From the NCBI GenBank assembly GCA_023645945.1, contig JALAIB010000064.1, forward strand, positions 1-37,425: a stretch of DNA of 37,425 nucleotides, read 5' to 3'. Numbering within the stretch: position 1 is the first letter of the stretch; each line of letters begins with the position of its first letter. Source of the stretch: Diploschistes diacapsis (Eukaryota). The translations under genes were made by a program, and so were the position numbers. Of the stretch, positions 1 to 10,446 are shown in pieces. The notes beneath the pieces are model-generated. The model was not told the origin of the DNA and searched no databases. It saw only the letters and a list, made by a program, of their open reading frames with translations.

Positions 1-71
1 GGGGCGGGAGTGCAGAAGAAGCAGAGCAAGATGCGGAACGGGATGAAGATTATTGGCTGAGGCTCGAATGA
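1..71 (+). CDS. Possible 3' end of an upstream gene (partial)
   Basis: Purine-rich coding-like stretch (GGSAEEAEQDAERDEDYWLRLE* in frame 3; frame 1 is also open to TGA at 58-60), followed by AT-richer UTR-like sequence. Frame and identity are unresolved. Confidence 0.25.
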   Translation, partial: GGSAEEAEQDAERDEDYWLRLE

Positions 72-257
72 TGCCGTGCTCATGATGGTTAGGGGGCGTT
101 AACTAGCATAGCGAATCTATTGTTGGGGACGATAGTTTGAAAAGGTTTATGTAAGAGAGGAGGCCTTTACCAAATAACTAGATACACGAAGTTGAACGTT
201 CGGCTTGTCCACAAGCCATATGGCCCACCACCTCTCCTCCACCTCGCCACCCCGGAA

Positions 258-1301
258 TCAAAACCCACCGATTCCCATCATCAACTTCCACGCCTCAGGC
301 GTCAGCTCCCACTTCTTCCTCCTCCAATCTCTCGGCGGCTCCTCCCACTTCCCCAGCATCCCCTCCAACCAGCCCGCACTCAGCTCCTGATTCTTGGGAT
401 CCGGTCGCTCGCCATACCCAACCGCATACTCCACCCACAGCGAGCCGTTCCCGCCGTCCGCGCCCAGCTTCGGCTGCGGCTGCCACTCGTCGTCGGCGCT
501 GAGCACCCTCCACCTCGCGCCGCCCGTGAGCCGGCACGGGTTGGTCCACTCGCGCGCGAAGCCGTCGTAGTCGGCCGTGCACTCGACCTCGCCGAGGAAG
601 TGCGCGTTGTGGTGCGAGAGCCCCCACTCGCACTCGGCGTGGAAGTTGTTGCGGTAGCACAGCGCCGCGTCCGCGCCCCTGGCGTGCGCGGCCAGCATGC
701 ACGTCTCGCAGCCGGCGCGGCAGTGGTCCTTGGCGTCCCAGGCGAGGGTCGCGCCGTAGAGGCTGTGGTTGCCGGCGCACTGGACGTTGAACGAGGGGTT
801 GGTGCTCGAGCCGGGCTTGAAGAGGAGGCCGGATTTCTTGGTCGGTTTCTTGGGCGGCCGAGGGTTGAGCTTCCATTCGAATTTGTTGATGGCGTAGGGC
901 GAGTCGTCGGCGGAGTTGGGGTGGTCCCCGGCTGCGGTGGCGTTGTTGCTGCTTTCGCTGCTGCTGCTGTTGGAGACGACGAGGGTGGAGAGGTATTGCT
1001 TGGCGTCTGGGAAGGGGTCCTCGGGATCGTCTTTGAATTCGCCGCCTACTTTGTGCATGCAGCCCCCATCGAAGGCGCGGGCGGCGCTGCCCACGCGGGC
1101 GAGGATGCAGTATGCCATGCCGTCGCCATGGGCGGAGTCCTGGAGGTCGTGCTTGTGGATGATGTTCTCGTATTGCCCAAATTTATGGAAAGGAATGTAG
1201 GGATTGGCGTGACTGTAATCTACTGGTACTGAAGTCCTCTGCGGAGGAGTGCTTGGCAGGCAAGAGACGAGAGGAAGAAGAGCCAGTAACGTGAGATACA
1301 T
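258..1301 (-). CDS. Secreted Cys-containing hypothetical protein (347 aa)
   Basis: The track starts at GTG 1319; the first ATG at 1301 gives MYLTLLALLPLVSCLP (signal-peptide-like). Strong GC3 bias, a Ser/Asn linker and a Cys cluster (CRAGCETC...ALC...AEC...VEC). Confidence 0.75.
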   Translation of the reverse strand: MYLTLLALLPLVSCLPSTPPQRTSVPVDYSHANPYIPFHKFGQYENIIHKHDLQDSAHGDGMAYCILARVGSAARAFDGGCMHKVGGEFKDDPEDPFPDAKQYLSTLVVSNSSSSESSNNATAAGDHPNSADDSPYAINKFEWKLNPRPPKKPTKKSGLLFKPGSSTNPSFNVQCAGNHSLYGATLAWDAKDHCRAGCETCMLAAHARGADAALCYRNNFHAECEWGLSHHNAHFLGEVECTADYDGFAREWTNPCRLTGGARWRVLSADDEWQPQPKLGADGGNGSLWVEYAVGYGERPDPKNQELSAGWLEGMLGKWEEPPRDWRRKKWELTPEAWKLMMGIGGF

Positions 1302-2088
1302 GATGGCGATTATGCTCACTCAGAATGAAAATCAAAATTGTGAGCTTCTGAAAATCTGTAAGGTTCTAAAAGCTCTAGTACAACGAGGGAATCGAGGAAG
1401 ATGTCTTGAAGGCTGCGATAAAGAAAAGGTTGTTCCCAGCCCTTACATTGGATAGCCAATTGGTAGTCTATATTGCGAAGCTACTTCAACAGATAGCAGT
1501 CCAGATAGCTATATGGCCAAGGAAAAACGTTTGACATATAGCTCACCAGCCCAGGCACCGTTCATACCGCGTACGTGAAGAGCCAGATTATTTTGATTGC
1601 CTCGATGGGCATTCGAACATACGAAGGTAATGCATATTGCATAGGGAACAAGTATATAAACGGATCCGATCGAGCCAAAATGGCTAAACTCGCATGAGCA
1701 GCGTGCTAGGAGATTGAATGATGAGAGTTACTTAACTATAGCCACAGCATATAGAGCGAAGGTCGTCCAGTAACTGTCACTGACTTCGTTCTTGTGGGAA
1801 AACACCTTTAAGATTATTAGCTCAGTAGTGGTCCTCGAGTGCAGATTGAGAACATTTGTCTTTTCCACTTTCTTCAATTCGGGTTAGTTGCCCTCAACTT
1901 CGGACTAATATACACTGCACAGCATAAAACACCAACACCAATCAATACCACTCGCAACTGCGATCTCGGTTTATATCTGCAAACCCCAGGGCATGCTCCA
2001 AAACAGAGGAAGGTTAAGACGATATCGCCAGTCAATTTGCTACAGAACGAAGATGGGTTAGGCCATTCTGTAAGCAACCAATGAATTT

Positions 2089-3140
2089 CTAATTCAACTC
2101 ATCTCTAATTGGTACGCCCATTTGCATGATCGTGCCCAGAGTCGCATTTGCGCTCGGCGGGACGTTACTGGTCGTCACCGTCACGTCCAGCCCGTCTTTC
2201 CTGTTCGCATAGTCCTGCCCCTGTCACAAGCTCCACAGCCGGTCAATCTGGCCGTGGAGCAGCCAGAAGACAGCATCGTTGGGGGTGCTATGTGTGTCCA
2301 TGCCGTCCTTGCCCAGGTGCTGGTGCGACTGGAAGTGCGCCATGAACTCGAGCAGCCGGTGGAAGGTGTGGATGGAGTCGCTCTGCATGAGGTTCGCGCC
2401 GATGGTCTAGTCAAGTTGGAAGGTGTAAAAGTCCCTCTTCAGGCGCCGGGGTTTTTACTTGTACCCGAAATATTTTCCGGGTGTTCACGCTCGTCGCTAG
2501 CGTCACAGGGCCTATGTGGAGCGTGATATTAGCGAAGGCGCCGTCGGTGACGCAGCCGCCACCGCTACCCACGACCCGTGTGAAGGACAGCTGCATGAGA
2601 TTGGTCCCTGGCGGAAGACCTACGGGCGTTACCAGTGTCGAGTTGTACGGGGAATACGCACCGTCCCCACCAAAGCTGGTAACGCCGCCTGAAATACGGG
2701 GCTCACGCTCAGGTTAGCGTGCCGCTCCCACGCCCAGTACGGCAGCGCGCCTTGTATCCGCACACCTCGCGCAGGTCCTTCTCCCGCGACCATATATAGT
2801 GACGGTGCCATGGGAGCAGCAAGCCGTCCTGGTGCATAAAGCTGGTTTGGTTGATGTGCTGGTAGACGAAGTCGTCAACACGGTTGCGCGCTCGGGGGGC
2901 GGCGGCGGGATCGGTACGGGAGGCGTGCGTATACATGCACAACGCGGCCCGGGTATAGTCGAGGCGCTCGGCTTCGGACATGTCGTCCTAGGCGCGGTGA
3001 ATGAGGAGCTTGGAGGGATTGCAGCTGGAGTTGGGCGACTGGGAGTGAAGGACGGAGAACATGTTCTTCTCGTAGACGGGGCTAGTGCTGGAGAGGGCAG
3101 CGAGCCCCAAAAGGGTAAATTGGGAAAGGGAGAAAAGCAT
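2089..3140 (-). pseudogene. Secreted tyrosinase (type-3 copper protein) pseudogene
   Basis: Reconstructed: signal MLFSLSQFTLLGLAALSSTSP; IHRA*DDMSEAERLDY; CuA HINQTSFMHQDGLLLPWHR; CGYK/ALPYWAW; GGGCVTDGAFAN; PRRLKRDF; CuB HFQSHQHLG...STPNDAVFWLLHGQIDRLWSL*Q. In-frame stops at 2988-2990, 2455-2457, 2407-2409 and 2224-2226; frameshifts near 2750, 2691 and 2482. Confidence 0.88.
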
Positions 3141-3429
3141 CTTCGGAATACTCACAAATGGCCTCGAAGAGTTTGCCGCAACTCACACGAAGTTTTGGAA
3201 CGTCAAATACAGGGAAACAAATAAAAGTGTGTACCTTCCCCTATCCTCTATAGGCATGGCTTCAAATGAGATACCCGATGTTCATAGCTCCTTCGACTCG
3301 GAAGCACTAGGGTAGTGCCCAGCCCGAGCTTAGCGGTACTATCATAACGCCAACTACATGCACGCAGCTCGATTCTCTGTCAGGCATTGTAGCGCGGAGA
3401 AGTAGAGCTTCCACATCTGCGAAACTGCA

Positions 3430-5359
3430 ATGCTCTGGATCTCGTTCGTGGTTGCAGCCACGCTAAAGGCGTGTTTGGCGCAGAATGTCTCGACGTATAA
3501 CTTTCTTTCCGTAAGTTGCGAAGAGCCAATAGCGAGCCACATGTGCTGATTTGTGCAGCGCCCCGATATCAAAGCACCCGTCTTGAACGAATGCCACTGC
3601 TCCTGGGTATCTTCTTCTGACACCAAACTCGATGGGTTCCACGAACATCACTGCGGGGCCCATGATATATGACAGCTATGGCGTGCGTATCAACTAAGCA
3701 TGTTATTGAATGGCAGGACTAACTCCTGAAGAATCTGGTGTGGTTCGGGTCGCTCACAGTCGAGAACGGTTTCCAGGCATTCGACTTGCAAGCCTGCAAC
3801 TACCAGGGCAGTCCTCATCTCTGCTGGACAAACTATCAGGGTCCGATCTATGGCGGACCTGGTGGGTCGGGATCGGACACAAAGATACTCGGGCCCTCGT
3901 ACGAGATTGTCCAGTCCGTGGAACCCAGTGGACAATACCGTGGCCAAAATTGAACTCAGGACCTCCACGAATTCAATATGAAAGGCGCTAAGGGGTCCAC
4001 TGCCTTGCTTTCGAGTTACGTGACTGTTCCGCAAAACGTCACATATCCCGCTTGTGGTGGGAACACGATTGAGTACACGAAGACGGGTATTTTCTCCGAG
4101 GTCAGTACGAATGGCAAGAACGAAATGCTTTTCTCGTGGGCTGCAATTGATTACGTTGATCCACATGACACCTATGTTTGCCCCGGCCAGCCTCAAATCG
4201 GAGATGGAAAGACTAACACCTCAGGCTTCGATTTCTTGTACAGTAAGCCCCTTTCTTAGAGCTTGAGAGACGCTTACCACGCTTCTAGCCATATAAATGT
4301 AGTTGACAAGGACGGAAACGGCGACTACTTGGTCTCCGGCAGACATGTCTCAACCGTCTCCAAGATCGCTGGCCTTAACAACACGGAGTATGCTCCAGGC
4401 ACCATAATATGGCGCTTAGGCGGCAAGAACAATACCTTCACAACCCTCAACTCCGAAGCCCCAGGCGCACCAAACCTGTCCGTTTCTTCCACTTCCCCGA
4501 TAACCCAACAAGCCCCATACTAACCTCTCAAACCAGCAACTTCTCCTTCCAACACTTCGCCCGCTTCCACCCCTCCATACCCGGCGTCTCCATCTGGGAC
4601 AACGCCAACGACGGCATCGCTCCCCCCTCCGCCAACGCTTCGTCCGGCATGTCCATCCGCATCTCTTCCTCCCCCTCCACCAACTCTTCTTCCACCAACC
4701 TCACCGCCACCCTAGTAGGCCAATACATCTCCCCCCTCTCCCAGCTCGACTCCTCCCAAGGCTCCCACCAACTCCTCCCCAACGGCAACCACCTCCTCGG
4801 CATCGGCAACATCCCCGCTCTCTTCGAACGCACCTCCTCCGGCGCGCTCGCCTTCTACGCCTCCTTCGGCGCCCTCCCCCTCGCATCCTACCGCGCCTTC
4901 CGCAGCCCCTGGACCGGCACGCCCGGCGCCCAGGAGATGGCGCTCTTCGCGTACGCGCGCGCGTGCAATAGCTCGATGGCGACCCTGTACGCCAGCTGGA
5001 ACGGCGCAACGGAGGTGGTGGCGTGGCGCTTCTACAGCCGGGACGAACAGTAGCGCGAGCGGGCCGTTTTGCGCTGGCGGCGACGGCGGCGAGGAGGGGA
5101 GCGTTCGAGACGGTGGGGACGGGCCTGTTCGGGGCGTATGTGTACGCGGAGGCGCTGGACAGGGGCGGGACGGTGCTCGGGCGGACGGGGATCGTGGGAG
5201 ACGTTCGTGCCGGCGGGCGAGGGGCTGGCGGACGCTGGCTGTGGGGAGGCCGCGTGTGCGTGGGGGGACGGATTGCTCGAAGGCGCCGAGGGCGGAGTGT
5301 GCGGGGTCTTGAGGGAGCTGGGAGCTGGGAGGTGGAGCTCTGGGAGAGAGAGCATGTGA
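3430..5359 (+). pseudogene. Secreted arylsulfotransferase (ASST family), disrupted
   Basis: Signal MLWISFVVAATLKACLAQ; introns approx. 3511-3558, 3683-3731, 4238-4288, 4478-4536. ASST motifs SRPDIKAP, PGYLLLTP, GPMIYD, DLHEF, FDFFHINVVDKDGNGDYLVSGRH, IIWRLGG, FSFQHFAR, SSQGSHQLLPNGN, SYRAFRSPWTGTP, YASWNGATEV, GAFET, YAEALD. Frameshift near 3589, in-frame TGA at 3951-3953, and further shifts at 5036-5070 and ~5198. Confidence 0.85.
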
Positions 5360-5495
5360 ACAGAGGCCGTGGAGGCTTTTTTCTCCTTGTTGACACTGTC
5401 TTCCAAAGCCCGTTTCCTGAGTCTCTCTAGGGCGTCGACTTCGTCGCCGTTCAGCGTTTGTTTTTTTGCGGCTCCGACATCGGGGACGGGGACGC

Positions 5496-5530
5496 ATTAT
5501 TATTATTATTACTATTAGTAGTAGTAGTAT
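5496..5530. repeat. Compound (ATT)n/(AGT)n microsatellite
   Basis: attattattattattactattagtagtagtagtat read directly. Confidence 0.8.
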
Positions 5531-6054
5531 TGAAAAACTGGCCATCGGCATCGGGACGCAATCTTGTTTATTTGGAAAAAATTACACCGACAGCCCACTC
5601 GCCGGCATGATGCTCGAGCGCTGTCTTTTTGTGCCCTTCCTTGTACGTGTTATGATACGCCAAGGATTGATGGATCGGGGAACACGCAAAGCTTTTCTCG
5701 GAACAAATGTAATGGGTCCAGTTGTTTTAGGAGCGCGCTGCAGAATATAGGTTGGTGCATGCGCTGCATACACGCGGGCAAAGCGGGCTTCGTACGGTAC
5801 TCACACATAACAGCACCAGGTTGGAAGGGAATGTTGGTATGAAATAGGAAGCGGTCATGCTCTTGAGTTCTAGAAGATGAGATCGCGCATAGAGGATATG
5901 ATGATGGCGGAATAGAGCATCGCCGAGCAGCCCCGCCCCCCCTGTGTATCCTCCTAACAACGCCTTTGCTAACCCTAAACCATCTCGAGAACATCAAGGG
6001 TATATGAACGTGAATGGTCGCAAAAAAAGGAGCTTCTCTTGCCATCATCCCCCA

Positions 6055-6744
6055 CTACTGGTACATGGGCTGCTGGTTCGCAGGCACGTATGCCTGCTGC
6101 GTCTGCGGATACGAGTACTGAGCCGACTTTCCGTTGACCTGGTAGGCGGGGTACCTGTCCGGGTGTCTGCGGCGGTGGGTGTCGACGCAGGCAAAGACGA
6201 AGAGGATGAAATGCAGAAGGAAAGCCCCGGTGCCAAAGACACAGCTCGCAAGCGCAACGCTGGAGCGCGTCTTCAGGTCGCCAGCGTTGATGGAGATGGG
6301 GGTGCCGTTGGAGGAGGTGGTGGTGCAGTGGGGCTCGTCGTCCTCGTATACGCAGGACTGCGTGGTGCTGCCGCCGCCGATGTAGGTGCCGATGTAGCTT
6401 CCCGAGATGGTGGACGAGTTGACGTTGCCGGACTTGGCGACGAAGAGGGCGGCAGAGGCGTACAGGTAGGTGAAGATGATGATGCCGAAGAAGAATAGCC
6501 AGATGATCAGGTCGAGGCCCACGTTGGCGCCAGGATGGACGGGCGTGCGCGCGGTCAGGCGGCGGATGATGTTCGTCAGGTTCCAGAGAAGGGAGAGGCC
6601 GAAGGGGACGAAGAGGAAGATGCAGATGTACCATGCGTAGCCAGAGGTGGCAATCCCAACTAGGCTGAAGAGAAGGCAGAGAATGCGTAGGACGAGTTTG
6701 GCCCGGTAGTGGGTTTCGCAAGGGTTGCTGCGGTCGAATGCCAT
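6055..6744 (-). CDS. Four-TM membrane protein, MARVEL-like (229 aa)
   Basis: ATG-initiated ORF with four hydrophobic helices; motifs SLLWN, VHPGANVGLDLIIW and LHFILFVFACVDTHRR are typical of fungal MARVEL-like proteins; Q/Y/P-rich tail. Confidence 0.8.
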   Translation of the reverse strand: MAFDRSNPCETHYRAKLVLRILCLLFSLVGIATSGYAWYICIFLFVPFGLSLLWNLTNIIRRLTARTPVHPGANVGLDLIIWLFFFGIIIFTYLYASAALFVAKSGNVNSSTISGSYIGTYIGGGSTTQSCVYEDDEPHCTTTSSNGTPISINAGDLKTRSSVALASCVFGTGAFLLHFILFVFACVDTHRRRHPDRYPAYQVNGKSAQYSYPQTQQAYVPANQQPMYQ

Positions 6745-7728
6745 CTTTCTTATGTGCTTGACTGGTGGTTTGGGGTGAATTACTTATTAGGTCGGTTAAT
6801 TCGTACGACTGTCAAAGCCGTTGCTGCTTCCAGAGCAGGTACCTAGAAAAGGAAAGACAAATGAAATGAAGAACAAGGAATGAGAGTATGGGATAGCTTG
6901 ACAACTGAGCAGTAGGTGGCTGCCCAAGGGAAGATATATGCCTACCTTTCACTGCCAAAGTGTTGTTGTTGGCTATGCGCAATAACAGAAGGAATTCACA
7001 ACACGTTGCGCTGAAAGAAAGCTTAGAGTCAGCAGTGGCCCCCAGGCTTAGTCCAAAAGCTGTTCCAAGTTGGTTGTTGTGATTCAAAGGTATTGGTAGC
7101 ATGGCATGTTGGAAGAAGGTTAATCTGGGAACTCGGAGCTGAAGAAGAAAACCGCGTTGGGTTTCGCTTGCGGAGCATCCAGATGTAGACATAGCTGGGC
7201 GGATTTTACAACGTTTTAAACCCAACGATATTCCATCCAAGCAGCAGCGCTGATATACTACAACTGTCCCATCTCCAACTCTCGCCCGTTGCACCACCCA
7301 ACCATCGCCCCCAAGACCTCGTATTGTGATGCTCGTGTGATCTTCGTCTCAGGTACAACCTTACCATTCGCTTGAGTCGTCTACGATTGACGGAACTTTG
7401 AACATTTTGCTTTTCCCACCAAGAATGGAACACGTACCCAGTGCTCAACACCGTTTGTTTTGCTTTTGATAACGGCATCCTCTGCAGATCAAAGATGAAA
7501 GCCCTGATATCCTAGATCAACTTGGCCAGTAGTACGGTTACCTACAAGCTATCGACCTCCTGGGATTCTAGTGGATAGACTCAGCGAACAATGCATTCAG
7601 TGACAGTAATGTAGCCTATGTACAGTAATACTATGCGACCCATCGCCACCAGCACCATCGCTAATGCAGTCCATCGAAACCGGAGGGAAGCCCATGCCCC
7701 ATAATGCCCCCTTGATGGACGACGCGAT

Positions 7729-10446
7729 TTACGCTAGATAGTTGTAACTGGGCTTCGCTGCCCCTTCCTTGCGTTCCAAATAGTCACGTTCGATCAAGCT
7801 CTCGATTCGCTTCTTCACCATGGCCACGTCGGGCATGAACCGAGTGCTCAGTTGCTGAATAACTTCGGTCATCAGCTCCGAGTGGCTGAACTCCTTTCGT
7901 TGTCTACGTTGCGGTCAGTTTTACGGATCGGCACAAGCACGGGAAGAGACTCACTTCATGATACGCACGATTGCAGCCTCGATGATATGAGCTCTTGAGT
8001 CATCGTTCTTTCTCTCCGTTTCACGGCGCTCGAGCGGATCTTCTACCCTGTTCGCAGAAACAACTCCAATCTTGACTTTGCTGTAGGGGCTGTGGAAGCT
8101 CTCGTTGAACGAGAATCGATCTTCAGGCTTGACGTCCTTGCTCATTGGTTCCTTGATCAATACACGAGTCTTGGGCGCGACTGCGAGGGATTGCAGATTG
8201 CGCGTCAGATCGTGCATTGGGATGTTGGTCCGTGCTTGGATCTCTGCGCAAGTCAAAGTTTGGCCTTCCCCAAGATCATTGAACAGCAACAGAATGGCCA
8301 TGGCGTATGTCGAAACGTTGAGCTCCCTGATTTTGATGTTGCCTTTCGACTTTGGAAAATAGGCTCGAATGTCCGCCGTGCCCATGTTAGCTTGCCACAT
8401 CAGCTTGCGACCACTGTGCTTCTCCAGATAGAACTTCTGAAAGCCCTGTCTAATTTTCTCAATGGACGATGGAAAGATGCATGTTGGTTGGGACTCATCA
8501 TCCCGATGTGCGGTTCCCATAGCTTCCAACGGCCACATGGTGCTAGTCAGCACATGAACTTCCACGTCGGCCCTCTTCAGGTCCCGGTCGCCGAGACCTG
8601 CAACGTGCCTCTTGTAGCCTGAAGTGAGATCCAAAGAAATGTCCATATCTCTGAACATGGGCTCAATCCGGGTAGTTAGAGCATTACCAATTTCAAGCTT
8701 CATCTTCACCATCATTTGCCGCTCGGCATCCATGCTGACAGAACGCTTCATAAGTAAGCGCCGCGAGAGATGCTTCTTGTAGTATCGTTCAAACAGGTCC
8801 TTGTCTTGAATGTAGCGTAGCAATATGATGCCTTTGTCAAGCAGTGCATCAACCTCGGTCTCCGTCTTGCCCTTGATCCCTTTTTTCATGTTCTCATCAA
8901 AGAAGAGGGAGAGATACTCGGAGCAACGGTCGAATGCGTTTATGAAATCCGTAAAGCTCTTAGTGAACGCGGCCTGTAATGTCGGATCGTCTCGGAAAGC
9001 GTTCGTGAGCACTGCATCATAGCTATCCTTTAGTTTTAGCACATCATCCACCCATTGTATCGCTGCCGCGGTCTGTTGATTTGCGGGTCGATCGGGAACA
9101 GCTTTCGGCTCGCCCTCGCCCTTCTCGCCCTTCTCGCCCTTCTCGCCCTGCGCCTCCATCCTCGCTGGTTGAGCGTGTGAATTTGTTGCGGCGGTTTTAT
9201 TGATTTCCGTACCAAGCTCCACGATCCGTTTTTGAACTGCGCCTTTCAAGGCCTCCTTTTTCGAGTCGACCCTCGATATTAGGTCGTAAATCATGACCAA
9301 TTCATCAACCTTATTATTATCGAGCATCCACTCCACACCACTGCCTGGCAAATGGATGACATCCCGCATATAGTCTGAAATGAGCTCTTTGTCGATTACT
9401 GACTTGATCTTGTCAAGCGTGAGCGCGGAGATAGTCGAACTGCACCGCTCAGATTCTTCGGTTATTCGGTTCGTTGCATGTCGGCAGAAGGACCCGGCAT
9501 CAACCGAGTTGAGGAGTTTTTGTCCCTCGCTCCTGTAGAAAACTCGACTTGCGGTAAGAAAAGCAGGCTCGAATATCATGAGGTATAGCTTGGCGCCCTC
9601 ATCTTCTGAGTCTGTCTCGTAGAGGCCCTCGAGCATGTACATGCAAGATCTTATTAGCGCTTTGTCAACTATATCCCCGTTCCGATCCATGTCTATCTGC
9701 GCCAAAACCACCGTGGTGAGAATATCTACTATATTGATATCTCCGTATCCTTCAATTGACGCTAAGAGTATGTAATCGCGGAACTGACCCATCGTCATGG
9801 GAAACACTTTCGGAAGACGCTGCTCGTCACAGTACACACGATCCATATACATGAGGACGTCTGTTGTCATGGACATACACAGCAGGTGGTCCTCCCAGGC
9901 TTCCTTCAGCGCCTTCATAAGCTTTTCTCCCGCCGCTCGAGCTTCGTGCGCTGACTCGGCAGTAGCAGTGCCGACGCTTTGTGCAATGAGTGACGGTGAT
10001 ATATTCGAAAGGATCTTCGGCCGAACTCCTGTCTGAAGCCATTCCCTTTCTAGGTCTTGAAAATTGTTGTAGAGGAAATCTCCCTTTTTCTTCAGCACTA
10101 GCTTATAGGAATTGCGGTATAGGTGTTCAAACGACAGTTCAGAGTGATTACGAGTATGAATTTGCCGGAGGGAGGTTGCTAATTCTCCCCAGCAATGTTC
10201 TGCATCTATAGCATCATTGTTGGTAAGACCCTGTCTCGGCCAAGTCAGTGAGGGAGCCATGGTAATCAAAAGCTACGCTCTGCGGTTTGTAGGCAAAAGT
10301 GAAGGGGCTGAGAGGCATGAGAAGTAATATCCGGGTTCAGACTTGGGAGAGCAATAGAGTTGCACTGAACAGCTGATTCAATGGGTGCTCTGAATCTTAC
10401 TTACCCTTCTTGGTGGCCGGGGCTTGCCTCTTGCTCGCATTGCCAT
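7729..10446 (-). CDS. cul3: Cullin-3; exons 10446-10405, 10230-7955, 7903-7729
   Basis: ELSFEHLYRNSYKLVL, DVLMYMDRVY, DKDLFERYYKKHLSRRLL, HSGRKLMWQ, neddylation motif IEAAIVRIMK|QRK and C-terminal KKRIESLIERDYLER...YNYLA*. GTAAGT/GTGAGT donors and CAG/TAG acceptors restore the frame. Confidence 0.96.
9111..9149 (-). repeat. 9-bp coding tandem repeat in cul3 (GEKGEKGEKGEGE)
   Basis: Repeated gcccttctc units in a linker region. Confidence 0.8.

Noticed and set aside
192..1232. 346-aa plus-strand ORF and other overlapping ORFs
   Set aside because: Antisense shadows of the GC3-rich secreted-protein gene; non-ATG start.
2689..2740. Apparent 52-nt intron (GTACTG...GCTAAC...TTTCAG, minus strand) that would bypass two tyrosinase frameshifts
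   Set aside because: It would delete the conserved PYWxW motif, so the segment is ancestrally coding, and other stops remain regardless.
4701..5551. 231-aa and 279-aa minus-strand ORFs
   Set aside because: Arg/Pro-rich shadows of the GC-rich ASST tail with no motifs.
5969..5978. CTAACCCTAA, identical to a telomerase RNA template core
   Set aside because: Single 10-mer ~80 bp from the stop codon of a convergent gene; no room or recognisable pseudoknot for a ~2 kb filamentous-fungal TER; likely chance.
7951..10269. Track ORF boundaries for the cullin
   Set aside because: Both ends run into introns; replaced by the three-exon model.
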